A stretch of DNA of 63,973 nucleotides, filler included, from an uncultured bacterium (GCA_964471275.1; 3 parts of 3 records of this genome joined end to end with filler, not necessarily neighbours in it); one strand, 5' to 3'; positions 33,747 through 43,220 are shown, counted from the whole stretch's first letter. The notes: a model not told the origin generated them from the sequence alone. Numbers and translations are program-made.

Positions 33747-34478
33747 CTAAAGGAAGAGCGCCATGAGTCCGCCACCAAACACCAGCGTCACACCAAGACG
33801 CCTGAAATGCTCATCACTTACGTGATCTCGCATCAGGGCTCCCAACAGAAAGCCGATCGCAATGCCCGGCAGGCCACAGCTTGCCCATACGACGGTTTCC
33901 CCGGTGACCAGCCCGAATTGCGCCTGGAATACGACGATGGCACACGCTAGTATGGTGAAATAGCCAAGCAGACTTGCGCGAAAGGCGTCGACCGGCCACC
34001 GCTGCTTGATCCCGATGAGCACGATCGGCGGTCCGGCAACTGATGTGCTCGCCCCCAAGACCCCACTCAAGATTCCGGACCCGACCCGGGCAACCCGCTC
34101 ACGCTCGAACGGAGCTCCAGGTCTGATTCGCAACAGAGCAGCCAGGATGACCATCAACAGCCCGATGCCGCGCTTCATCGTGATCGAATCAACTGCCGTC
34201 AAAACCAGGGTGCCCGGCAGCAGACCGATCAGGGCACTCCCCAGCCAGGTACGAAGCAGGGACCAGTCGACCTTGTGGCGAACCTGGGAGAATTGGGCGA
34301 TACCGAGGGGAATGTAAGCCAGCGACAGACCAGGGACGACAAGCTGAGCAGGATACACCTGAATCAGGCAAGCCGCCGCAATCAGCATGAAGCCGAATCC
34401 GGCAACGCCCTGGATAGTCCCCGCCACAGCAAGGGTGCCGCTGACCCACGCAACTTGCTCCCACGCGATATCGGTCAC
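33747..34478 (-). CDS. Sulfite exporter TauE/SafE family membrane protein
   Basis: QGVAGFG and SVAGPP motifs, multiple TM helices. Confidence 0.85.
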   Translation of the reverse strand: MTDIAWEQVAWVSGTLAVAGTIQGVAGFGFMLIAAACLIQVYPAQLVVPGLSLAYIPLGIAQFSQVRHKVDWSLLRTWLGSALIGLLPGTLVLTAVDSITMKRGIGLLMVILAALLRIRPGAPFERERVARVGSGILSGVLGASTSVAGPPIVLIGIKQRWPVDAFRASLLGYFTILACAIVVFQAQFGLVTGETVVWASCGLPGIAIGFLLGALMRDHVSDEHFRRLGVTLVFGGGLMALFL

Positions 34479-34493
34479 AGGAGCTCTTTCGTG

Positions 34494-35555
34494 CTATCGA
34501 GCGAACTCAACCTTCAGAGACGCGTTTCGTTCTGCCCGGTCATACCACCCTTGTGGGGCAAACTCGCTCGTATGGAGGTAACACCGAATGTTAAGATCCA
34601 TCGATCCCTCCGTAAAGGTCAATATCCGACTCATTGGAACGTTCTTCTTACCGTGGTCTTTGGACATGGCCGCGCAGTTGATAAATGTGGTTCCCCATCT
34701 TTGCTCGACGTGAGACATCCCTCCCGTCGTGTCCTCCGGGTTCGTGTGTGTATGCCCACCGAACCACACATCGACCGCGCCGGGCTGGTCAGCCAGGAAG
34801 GCCTCAAACTTGCCCGTATCGGGCTTCCCACCGACCCAATACAGGTATGAGGCGCCGATTGGGGCGCCGGCTTCGAATCTACCGTGGTAGCCCTCGTCGA
34901 CACCGACCCAATCGAGCGAGGCCACCGTCGTCCCTTTCAGCATGTGATGGTGAGCACATACGATGATCCGGTCCCGATTATTCATCACCTCATCACACCA
35001 CCATTCGAATGTCTCGTCGGTCACCGCGCCTGCGGGGAAACCGCCGCGCTCACCCCGACCGACCGGTGGCCCCCCGTCATTGCGATCCCCCATGGCCAAG
35101 AACACGATATTGCCGACCTCAAACTTGTATCGATCCCATTCCCCCTCGACAGGAAAGGGTCGTTTCCCGGCATCGACCCCCGAGAACGCGGTGTTCCTTC
35201 CCAAGGGATCTACCCACTTCTTGAACCACCATTGCGTATCCTCGTCGGGACCGCTTGCATCGTGGTTACCCACAATGTTGTATACCGCCTCTCGATGATG
35301 ATTCTTTAGAGCGCCATACTGGCGAACGACCTCCTCCCCTTCCTCATCATCCGGCGGTTCCTGTGCTCCCGAGAGATCACCGATGTCCAGCATAATGTCC
35401 CAGTCGAAAGCTGGCCCGCCTTCCTCGCCGCCCTGCTCCGACTGCGTGATCGCGTCTGCCAGACTTGTCCGATTGCTGCGCCGCAGATCCGAGCCGACGT
35501 GTGCATCACCTGCCGCCCACAACGTGAAGCCCTTGTCCTTAGTACGGCTACTCAT
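34494..35555 (-). CDS. Calcineurin-like metallophosphoesterase
   Basis: GDAH, GD, GNHD, HH, GGHTH motifs. Confidence 0.88.
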   Translation of the reverse strand: MSSRTKDKGFTLWAAGDAHVGSDLRRSNRTSLADAITQSEQGGEEGGPAFDWDIMLDIGDLSGAQEPPDDEEGEEVVRQYGALKNHHREAVYNIVGNHDASGPDEDTQWWFKKWVDPLGRNTAFSGVDAGKRPFPVEGEWDRYKFEVGNIVFLAMGDRNDGGPPVGRGERGGFPAGAVTDETFEWWCDEVMNNRDRIIVCAHHHMLKGTTVASLDWVGVDEGYHGRFEAGAPIGASYLYWVGGKPDTGKFEAFLADQPGAVDVWFGGHTHTNPEDTTGGMSHVEQRWGTTFINCAAMSKDHGKKNVPMSRILTFTEGSMDLNIRCYLHTSEFAPQGWYDRAERNASLKVEFAR

Positions 35556-35619
35556 CCGTTCCCCCTGTCATTGCCCGTGTAGACCTGCTTGCCTGCCACA
35601 AGAATCCGTGTCGGGTTGT

Positions 35620-36266
35620 CGTCATCACAGAACTCATCGACGCTCTGGTAGCCAATGGTCATGCTCACGCGGGATCCATCCGTGCGATGTCCCCCACGCG
35701 CCGGAAGACGGTGCTGTCGATGGCCAGCATCTGACCAGCCTCAACCGGTACGCGCACAGCCGGGTCAAACAGACCTGGACTCCGCGATCCAATCTGCATC
35801 AGACAATCTGTGTAGATGATCAACGGCAGGATGGAGATGTGTGCCCAGAACCACAAGTGTACATCCATTCTCGACCGTAGTTTTCTCGAGATAGAAGATC
35901 ACGGTAAATAGGCCACGCGACCCCTGCACGTTGTCACGATGGAAGTCGTTCTCCCGAGACAAACATAGTTCATCGCCACGTGATTGTGCCGATTTCGTAG
36001 CGCCAGAATCTTTGAGCCGAGCCCCCCTTCAGCGGTTCGATCACCTCAGAGCAACCTGCCGTCCTCTCGAACACAGGATTACGATCCAACAGCGCTGACA
36101 GCCTCACGATGCGGCTGTCCAGATCAAGGACAACCCGATCCACTTCCGCGATACGATCACTCACAATCTTCTTTAGAAGTTGAGTCCCATGGGCGACTGG
36201 CATCCGTGTCGACAGAACCAGATAGCCACAGTGTCGGAAATACTGTATCGGATAGGGTGTAAGCAC
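35620..36266 (-). pseudogene. Frameshifted PhyH-family dioxygenase
   Basis: Three consecutive ORF pieces in different frames: FRHCGYL, FHRD..IFYLE..ENGCT..GTH, and VPVEAGQML; 3' end approximate. Confidence 0.7.
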
Positions 36267-36499
36267 CGCTCATCCTCCCAAGAGATACTCAATTCGAGAC
36301 AAGAAGGCCAAAGGCATCAGCACGGATCATCCTCGAATGGCAGGGACGTCCGGCCCTTAAGTTATCGGTTGCGACATGTGTAGTGACCCCGTCTGCACGT
36401 TATCTTTTCCCCCCGGAGACGTCACCTTTTCCGCCCCTGAAGTTGACAGAAAAACCATCTCCCGCTACAATCAGCACCTCACTCTCCAGCGAGGTCAAC

Positions 36500-37693
36500 T
36501 TGAAGTCGCATACCAGCCTGATCTTCCCGGTCTACGTTCCGACCCTGATTCTCTCGTTTGGTCAAGGGTTGCTTATCCCGACGCTACCCATCTTCGCCAA
36601 GCAGTTCGTGACCAGCTATGGATGGGTCGGGCTGATCCTTGCGGCCGAGGGGGTCGGGCGCTTGCTGGGCGACCTCCCGGCCGGATACCTCGTTCGGAGA
36701 ATCGGACGAAATCGATCCATGATTGCCGGTATCCTGCTCGTAGTCGTCTCGGTCGCGTCTCTGTTCCCAGCCTCCACAACCCTCACGATCATCCTGCTCC
36801 GGCTCATCTCTGGTTTTGGCAACGCCGTTTGGAACGTATCTCGACACGCATACCTGGCTGAGGCAACCGAACCACACGACAGAGGCCGCGCCATCTCAAT
36901 CTTTGGCGGCGTCAACCGGATAGGCGGCCTGGCAGGTCCGGCGGTCGGGGGACTCGTCGCTGCGGGATTCGGTCTCAGGGTTCCCTTCCTCATCTATGCA
37001 ATCCTGGCGGGGGGCGCGTGTATTGTATCGGCGTTTTCACTGGGCGAGGAAGAGGCTGCCAGCCAGGAGGATGACAAGACTTTCCGGGTCGCCGAAACCG
37101 CTCGAACGCACTGGCGGGTCCTGGCCAGTGCGGGGACTGGCCAGCTCTGTGCGCAAGCTGTCCGTGCGGGGCGCAGTGTGATCATCCCGTTATATGGGGC
37201 AGACGTAATCGGTCTACAGGTCAGCGATATTGGGCTGATTCTGAGCCTGGCGGGGTTTGTCGACACATCGATGTTTTACCTCGCGGGCGTCATCATGGAC
37301 CGCAAGGGCAGGAAATTCGCCGTGGTCCCGTGTTTCGCGATCCAGGCCGTGGGGATGGCGCTTGTCCCTTCCGCCAGCGGCTTCTGGGGCCTCCTTGGCG
37401 CGACCACGCTGATCGGGTTGGGCAACGGGATCGGTTCTGGAACGATGATGACGATTGGCGCGGACCTTGCCCCAAACGAATCGATGGGAGAGTTTCTCGG
37501 TCTATGGCGGCTCGTGGGCGACAGCGGTCACACGGGTAGTCCGCTGATTGTGGGTGCCTTGTCCGACATTGCCGGCCTGTCCCCGGCCACATACGTGATC
37601 GCCACGCTGGGTCTGATCTCCAGTGCGATCTTCGCGGTGCTCGTCCCGGAGACGCTACACGCTCGTCCGGCGCCGAACGACAAACGCAAGTAA
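36500..37693 (+). CDS. MFS transporter
   Basis: 12-TM pattern, motif A-like GYLVRRIGR and MDRKGRK, DRGRA; TTG start after GAGG. Confidence 0.9.
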   Translation: MKSHTSLIFPVYVPTLILSFGQGLLIPTLPIFAKQFVTSYGWVGLILAAEGVGRLLGDLPAGYLVRRIGRNRSMIAGILLVVVSVASLFPASTTLTIILLRLISGFGNAVWNVSRHAYLAEATEPHDRGRAISIFGGVNRIGGLAGPAVGGLVAAGFGLRVPFLIYAILAGGACIVSAFSLGEEEAASQEDDKTFRVAETARTHWRVLASAGTGQLCAQAVRAGRSVIIPLYGADVIGLQVSDIGLILSLAGFVDTSMFYLAGVIMDRKGRKFAVVPCFAIQAVGMALVPSASGFWGLLGATTLIGLGNGIGSGTMMTIGADLAPNESMGEFLGLWRLVGDSGHTGSPLIVGALSDIAGLSPATYVIATLGLISSAIFAVLVPETLHARPAPNDKRK

Positions 37694-37730
37694 GGTTGAT
37701 CCGTATCGAAGTCAAACAGACATACAGAAT

Positions 37731-37764
37731 GGGCGCGGAACCCGAAGGTTCCGCGCCCTTGTTG
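37731..37764. terminator. Bidirectional terminator between the MFS gene and flagellin
   Basis: Perfect 12-bp stem GGGCGCGGAACC/GGTTCCGCGCCC; UUCG loop on the minus strand. Confidence 0.8.
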
Positions 37765-37785
37765 CGTGAGAATCCGTCGGCCAGA

Positions 37786-38982
37786 TTAGCCGAGGAGTGA
37801 CAGCGCGTTCTGCGGCAGGACGTTCGCTTGAGCAAGGAGCGCCGTGCTCGACTGAGTAAGGATCTGAGCAGAGATAAACTCAGAAACCTCTTCAGCAAAG
37901 TCCGCATCCCGGATACCGGATTCAGACTGGGTGCCGTTTTCAATCGAGTTCTCCTGATTCCGGAGACTGAAACCCATCCGATTCTGGAATGCGCCTAAAT
38001 CTCCGCGTACTTGCGAGACATTCGCGATCGCAAGATCCAGCGTCGAGATCGCCGTCTGTGCCGATCCCTGCTCAGCGACTGACAGACTCCCCAGATTCAG
38101 GAAAGAGCCAGATGCTCGCATATCGCGGATGTTCACCTCAAGACGGTGTGACGAGGCGTTATCAGGACCGATCTGGAACTGCCCGCCAACCCCTTCATTC
38201 ACAATCAGCGAAGTGCCATCCAGATCCCCGTCACGATAGCCATCCGTGGCGGGGTTAATCCCTTCGGCAGCCTTATTCCCGCTGAGCGTCAAGGTCACAC
38301 CCAGCCGATCGAAGTTGGCGACAATCGAGCTGCCGCTCGCAACAACCCCGCCGGCTGCGGCATCCGTATCCAGTGCCGGACCAATATCGATCGTCTGCGT
38401 CGCCACCCCATTGCCCAACGTGATCTCATTATCCGTCGGGTCGGTGTCGATGAACGTGTAGTTCCCGGCTGCAGCACTCGACAGCGAAACCGCGATGACA
38501 CCTGTTATGGATGAGGCGAGAGCAGTGGAAACCGTTGGATCGGCATCGGCTGTGTTGCCAAACCCCGATAGCACCGTCTGGCTGTTGTACGAAGTCACGC
38601 TTGCAATACGATCGATTTCGTTCGCCAGTTGCACGACCTCGGCGTTCAGAGACTCCCGGTTTGCGTTGTTGATCGTGGAGTTTGCAGATTAAACAGCCAA
38701 CTCCCGCATCCTGATCAGCATTGCGCTAACCTCGTTAAGCACACCCTCAGCAGTCTGTATGAGGTTGATCGCAGCCTCTGTGTTCCGGTTACCAACCCTC
38801 ATGCCGTTGATCTCGGCACGAAAGCCCTCTGAAATACTAAGTCCTGCGGCATCATCCGCTGCCCGGTTAATCCGAAGACCCGACGACAGGCGTTCCAGAC
38901 GTTGGCCTAAGTTCCTGTTGTTGATCCGTCTGTGTCGCTGGGCGTTGATGCCAGGGACGTTGGCATTGACTCTAAGCGGCAT
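37786..38982 (-). pseudogene. fliC: Flagellin with an in-frame premature TAA at 38689-38691
   Basis: RLSSGLRINRAADDAAGL...MRELAV*SAN continues in the same frame to RGDLGAFQNR, SGIRDADFAEE, LAQAN. Confidence 0.9.
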
Positions 38983-39040
38983 ACAAGCCTCCTTGTTTGA
39001 AGGGCGAGCCCCTGTTCGCCCAAACCGGCTTCCGTGCCGG
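38983..39040 (-). promoter_or_regulatory. CsrA/RsmA-type hairpins in the flagellin leader
   Basis: CCGGC-ACGGAA-GCCGG and ACAAG-GAGG-CTTGT, the latter overlapping the SD. Confidence 0.6.
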
Positions 39041-39137
39041 CCAATACTGCACGAAAACCCGATTTGTTACTACTTGACGCCTCGCGGCACCACTAAGGCC
39101 TTCCTTACTTCTTGTTTTTCAACCATTTACGTGGAAA

Positions 39138-39164
39138 CTATCGGCGCATCTCAAAAGTGCTTTA
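39138..39164 (-). promoter_or_regulatory. Sigma28 (FliA) promoter of flagellin
   Basis: TAAA-N15-GCCGATAG. Confidence 0.85.
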
Positions 39165-39180
39165 GTAGAAACTGGCCAGA

Positions 39181-39196
39181 TGGAATGGAAATTGCC
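39181..39196 (+). promoter_or_regulatory. Sigma54-type promoter upstream of fliN
   Basis: TGGAATGGAAATTGC, i.e. GG-N10-GC. Confidence 0.55.
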
Positions 39197-39272
39197 TTGA
39201 TTTACACTGCTGCATACGCCTAGATTTATACGTCTTGATTTTTCAATAGATTACGGCAATCGGAGATATGCG

Positions 39273-39791
39273 ATGGCGGAAGAAAACGACGCCCAGAAGA
39301 ATGATGTAGAGGCAGAAATGCTCCGCACGATGCAGGAAGAGCTGGGAGGCGATGCCCCGGCCGAGGGCGGAGATGGCGGCGCAGATGAAGCGGGCGCTGA
39401 TGGCGAAGATGTGGACAGTCTCCTCGAAGAGGAGATGCTCAAAGCCACGGAGCAGGAAGGCGGAGGAGGAGGCGACCCGATGGGTGCGTTGGCGCCGATG
39501 GTCGATGCTCCTGCCGTTGCCGACCAAGGTGAGGAAGTAGAGGGCATCAACAGGCTCACCGATGTTGAGGTAGAAATCACCGTCGAACTTGGTGAGAATC
39601 TTGTCCCGATACAGGAAATCATGGAGTGGACAACGGGTTCCGTCGTCGAACTACAACCCGAAGAACACGAGGCGGTCCGTGTCCTGCTAAACGGAACCCC
39701 GTTCGCCATGGGTGAGATCGTTGTCGTCGGAGATATGTTCGGCGTCCGGATCGTTGAACTGCTGGACCCACCGGAAGGGGGACATCATTGA
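39273..39791 (+). CDS. fliN: Flagellar motor switch protein FliN (SpoA domain)
   Basis: DVEVEITVELG...GSVVEL...NG..FAMGEIVVV..FGVRI. Confidence 0.88.
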   Translation: MAEENDAQKNDVEAEMLRTMQEELGGDAPAEGGDGGADEAGADGEDVDSLLEEEMLKATEQEGGGGGDPMGALAPMVDAPAVADQGEEVEGINRLTDVEVEITVELGENLVPIQEIMEWTTGSVVELQPEEHEAVRVLLNGTPFAMGEIVVVGDMFGVRIVELLDPPEGGHH

Positions 39792-40342
39792 TCCCCGACA
39801 TACCCCGTGTTGGCCTGGAAGTAGAATGAGGAGAAGTAAACCTCCATTACCTGGCCCTCATACAGAAAGTCATTCAATCTTGACTTGATGTCGTCCTTCA
39901 CCACGTCCCTACCTTCTTTCGACCGCAGTTCCTCGTGAGTTGCAGCGCTCAAGGCTGCGACCACCTGATCCCGAACACGATCATAATTCTTCTCATCTTC
40001 CATCTCTGACACAGCGCCGCTCGGCCCCACCGCCAGAGTGACATCCGCGACGATGAACAACCGTGCCTTTGCCGTTCGAGGGTTCGCGATAACGCGGCCC
40101 AGGTCGAAGCTGCTCTCTGGCTCATCCCCGTCAGGATAAGTTCGCACTCGACCGGACTCGTCAGCTTCCACCTCGGTTTCGACCTCACGCCCAAGGTGCC
40201 ATCTTACCAGGAAGTATCCCCCAACAGCCTGGAGTACAAGCAGCACGATCACAAGAGGCAGATACCTGAGGACGCTCCCTTTCGGTTTGGGAGGCGGCGC
40301 AGCCTGCGGCTGCTGCTGCTCCTGTTCTTCTTCTTCAGCCAC
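39785..40342 (-). CDS. fliL: Flagellar basal body-associated FliL family protein
   Basis: Single N-terminal TM helix, IANP, VRD, ELRSKEGRD..K..I, VYFSSF. Confidence 0.8.
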   Translation of the reverse strand: MAEEEEQEQQQPQAAPPPKPKGSVLRYLPLVIVLLVLQAVGGYFLVRWHLGREVETEVEADESGRVRTYPDGDEPESSFDLGRVIANPRTAKARLFIVADVTLAVGPSGAVSEMEDEKNYDRVRDQVVAALSAATHEELRSKEGRDVVKDDIKSRLNDFLYEGQVMEVYFSSFYFQANTGYVGDQ

Positions 40343-40520
40343 GTCCTACTCCCTCGTGGTCAGTCTCGAACTTCTCGACCTGAACTACAATCTCATCCGT
40401 ATTCGTCCGGACCTGCAGGATTTTCTCGTCATACCGCTCCATCTGACAGCGATAGGCAACAATCATCTGGGAGGCCCAGAAGATGAACGCCAAGATAAGA
40501 ACCTGCATCAGCCAGTCCAT
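40335..40520 (-). CDS. Small single-TM hypothetical protein
   Basis: GAGGTG RBS, hydrophobic N-terminus, stop overlaps the fliL start. Confidence 0.5.
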   Translation of the reverse strand: MDWLMQVLILAFIFWASQMIVAYRCQMERYDEKILQVRTNTDEIVVQVEKFETDHEGVGRG

Positions 40521-40543
40521 CACGCACCTCAAAGATGTAGGGT

Positions 40544-40572
40544 TTGACAGGCCGTGAAAGCAACCCTAAACT
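40544..40572 (+). promoter_or_regulatory. Sigma70 promoter
   Basis: TTGACA-N17-TAAACT. Confidence 0.7.
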
Positions 40573-40579
40573 CCCCGGA

Positions 40580-40789
40580 ATGAACAGAGAAATCATAATG
40601 GCTACCATCAGCGTGGCTGCCACCATCGCCCTCGCCTGGATTGCCGATCATCCGGCGAAAGTCACTGGATCGATCATTACACTCATCGCTTTCGGCATCA
40701 TCACGGTCATTGTCCGGTTCCGTGGGGATTCGACAGAGCACACGACAAAGTGGAAGCGTACTCGCCGGACCACCGCGAAACGCCGATGA
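40580..40789 (+). CDS. Small two-TM membrane protein, probably leaderless
   Basis: Two hydrophobic helices and a basic tail; ATGA overlap with the GT2 gene. Confidence 0.6.
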   Translation: MNREIIMATISVAATIALAWIADHPAKVTGSIITLIAFGIITVIVRFRGDSTEHTTKWKRTRRTTAKRR

Positions 40790-41478
40790 TGCCATCACGT
40801 GTTTCGGTAATCATCCCCGTTTTCAACGAGCAGGAAGCGATCACCCAGGTTCTTGCTGATTTACCCCGCCACCTGCTTCACGAAATCATCGTAGTGGACA
40901 ACGGGTCCACGGATCAAACGGCCAGTCTGGCCACCGAGGCCGGAGCTCGGGTCGTGAGGGAGGGCCGCCGAGGCTACGGTAGCGCGTGCCTCAAGGGAAT
41001 CGCCTGTGCCGACACCCCCGACATCGTTGCATTCGTCGATGGCGACTACAGCGACCATCCAGATGAAATGACACGTGTACTCGCGCCTCTGATCGAGGGC
41101 CGAGCCGACTTCTGTGTGGGGTCTCGCGTTCTGGGACATCGCGAACCCGGTGCCCTACTCCCTCAGGCCCGTTTCGGGAACTGGCTGGCGACGGCCTTGA
41201 TTGCAGCACTATTTGGTGTGGACTACACCGATTTAGGGCCCTTCCGCGCGATCAAAAAAGTGACCCTGGACGAGATGAACATGCGGGACCGAACATTCGG
41301 TTGGACCGTCGAGATGCAGGTCAAAGCCGCCCAGAATCGAGTCAGAACGTGCGAAGTTCCCGTCTCATACCGAAAACGCATCGGTGTTTCCAAGGTCACG
41401 GGCACCCTCGAAGGCACGATCAAGGCTGGCTGGAAGATCCTCTTGACGATCCTCAAACACGCAACACGACCTACCTAG
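40786..41478 (+). CDS. Glycosyltransferase family 2 (DPM/DPG-synthase-like)
   Basis: VSVIIPVFNE, VVDNGSTD, GYGSA, DGD, TDLGPFRAI. Confidence 0.93.
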   Translation: MMPSRVSVIIPVFNEQEAITQVLADLPRHLLHEIIVVDNGSTDQTASLATEAGARVVREGRRGYGSACLKGIACADTPDIVAFVDGDYSDHPDEMTRVLAPLIEGRADFCVGSRVLGHREPGALLPQARFGNWLATALIAALFGVDYTDLGPFRAIKKVTLDEMNMRDRTFGWTVEMQVKAAQNRVRTCEVPVSYRKRIGVSKVTGTLEGTIKAGWKILLTILKHATRPT

Positions 41479-41942
41479 CTGTTCTGGAGCAGATACCGAA
41501 TCGTCTTCGCAAACCGCTCCGCGCCCTGGTTGCTGATCTTGAAACTGTCCTGACGGCGGGATGCATCTCTCAACGCCATCATGAACCGCGTCTTGTTGGG
41601 AGTGCCCTCGACGCTGACGACCTGCACCATAGCCTCGCGCGGCTTCTCCTCTACAACAGAATCGACGCTGCGGGAAATGGGCCTAAGCGGCTCATCCTCG
41701 GGCCAGTATTTGAAGAATGCATATAAGGTGATCGACACGAGCAGGATCGAACCAAAGGTCGAGGCGACCACAAAGAGGCTAAAGTAGAGAGCTGACCCAC
41801 ACAACACTGCCAGCCCAATCGCCGAAAGCAGAAACCAGAATGACATGCCGTGTGAAACGGCTTGCATCGGCGAATGCGCTGCAACAACAGCAGACTCCCG
41901 GCTCTTCCCGTGAGTTTCGTCTCTATTCGGCTCGTTACTCAC
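41475..41942 (-). CDS. Hypothetical two-TM membrane protein
   Basis: Start overlaps the zapA stop; two hydrophobic segments. Confidence 0.65.
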   Translation of the reverse strand: MSNEPNRDETHGKSRESAVVAAHSPMQAVSHGMSFWFLLSAIGLAVLCGSALYFSLFVVASTFGSILLVSITLYAFFKYWPEDEPLRPISRSVDSVVEEKPREAMVQVVSVEGTPNKTRFMMALRDASRRQDSFKISNQGAERFAKTIRYLLQNS

Positions 41943-42229
41943 CCATTCGCCTCTGTGATGAAGGTTTTCAACTTCTCTCCGGCGTTATTGGCCGCTACCA
42001 CTGCAGCAGAGCCCTTCTCGCGGGTCCTCATCAGTTCATCGGCAATTTCCATTGCAGCCATCATGGCAATCTTGGTAGTGTCTGCTAAATTTCTCTCCGC
42101 CGCGATCGCGGTCATCCGTCGATCCACGTCTTCGGCGATGCGTCGGGCATACTCTTCAGGCTGATCACTCACAAGCGTGTATGTCTTCCCGAAAATCTCA
42201 ACTTGTGCCTGCTGCATCAGGTCTGCCAT
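41939..42229 (-). CDS. zapA: Cell division protein ZapA
   Basis: VEIFGKTY, IAEDVDRRM, KIAMMAAMEIADEL. Confidence 0.88.
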   Translation of the reverse strand: MADLMQQAQVEIFGKTYTLVSDQPEEYARRIAEDVDRRMTAIAAERNLADTTKIAMMAAMEIADELMRTREKGSAAVVAANNAGEKLKTFITEANG

Positions 42230-42338
42230 GCTGGTGCCTCTGAGGTGTGACAACTGTCCATGGCCAATCTAAGCACGGTGTCTTTGGAGTGTCAAGACGG
42301 CCCGGCAAACCGCCTTTCAACAAATTATGGAAAAACCC

Positions 42339-42366
42339 TAAAGGCTGCTGCCCCGCGAGCCGATAT
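42339..42366 (+). promoter_or_regulatory. Sigma28-type promoter
   Basis: TAAA-N16-GCCGATAT. Confidence 0.65.
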
Positions 42367-42432
42367 TTGAAGAGAGACGGCAATCCAGAGAAGCCAGAGC
42401 GACAATGTCAAGACGCAAAAGGGAAGAACCAG

Positions 42433-42888
42433 ATGCCAGGAATCGTAACACCGGGAGCGGGTGCCTCGTTCGACACGGTCCCGTTACCACCGGGGCCCGA
42501 GCAGGATGACGTAACGGTAGAAATCACACCGGCAGAGGGCGACACGGTAGAACTCTCTGGGGGAGAACCTCCCGCCACGTATGGGCCAGCGGACTTCAGC
42601 GATCGGTTCCGATTTGATATCCAGAACGGTATGCTCGACGCGAAGTTGCGATTCCACGCCGTCACATCTCGTTCCCGTGGTGCTGACGTAGCGGCCTACT
42701 CGGAACGTCAGACAGTCGAATTCCAGGTCACACAAACTGCGGGCACCGGAAGTCCGTCGTCAGCACTTTTCGCGTTACAGTTCCAGGACGCCGATCCAAA
42801 CGCAAGCGATGCAACGTCTCAGGTCGAGGGCAGAGCAGAATTCAACCGTATGGCTGCACAGAACCTAGGGTTGCTTTCTCAGCTCTAG
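42433..42888 (+). CDS. Hypothetical protein under a sigma28-like promoter
   Basis: GGGAAG RBS; DTVELS..PATYG motif. Confidence 0.65.
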   Translation: MPGIVTPGAGASFDTVPLPPGPEQDDVTVEITPAEGDTVELSGGEPPATYGPADFSDRFRFDIQNGMLDAKLRFHAVTSRSRGADVAAYSERQTVEFQVTQTAGTGSPSSALFALQFQDADPNASDATSQVEGRAEFNRMAAQNLGLLSQL

Positions 42889-42898
42889 GGCACCTAAC

Positions 42899-42936
42899 AA
42901 AAGAAAGGGAAGCGACACTCCCCTGTCGCCTCCCTT
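42899..42936 (-). terminator. Intrinsic terminator of the cpoB-bamD-nadD operon
   Basis: Minus strand GGGAGGCGACA...TGTCGCTTCCC-TTTCTTTT. Confidence 0.75.
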
Positions 42937-42962
42937 GATCACTTCCGAGCACCACAATCCGG

Positions 42963-43220
42963 TCAGATCTGTTCGCTGTCTGTCACCGGATCGAACCGGA
43001 CCACACCGTCCGTAGCGGACACCAGAATCTCCACAATCCAGCCAGACACTTCCAGACCATCGACTATGATCGTCTTCGGCTCCCTACTGACCACCTGGGA
43101 GTCCCGCGATATGCGCTCGAATGCGTGACACCCCTCATCATCAATGCAGAAGTAGCGCTGGGTGCGTCCCTCGGGTGTGCCGCCAAGCGTCGGTGCCTGC
43201 TTGCTATCCAACTGGGTCAT
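42963..43220 (-). CDS. Hypothetical protein
   Basis: ATGA-coupled to nadD; GGAGG RBS. Confidence 0.6.
   Translation of the reverse strand: MTQLDSKQAPTLGGTPEGRTQRYFCIDDEGCHAFERISRDSQVVSREPKTIIVDGLEVSGWIVEILVSATDGVVRFDPVTDSEQI

Noticed and set aside
38689..38691. Stop-codon reassignment (TAA read as Gln) to explain the flagellin
   Set aside because: TAA ends other genes at plausible C-termini (MFS 37693, CorA-like 55684), so a nonsense mutation or sequencing error is simpler.
41800..42330. 6S RNA next to zapA
   Set aside because: The zapA stop overlaps the next CDS, leaving no space or long hairpin.
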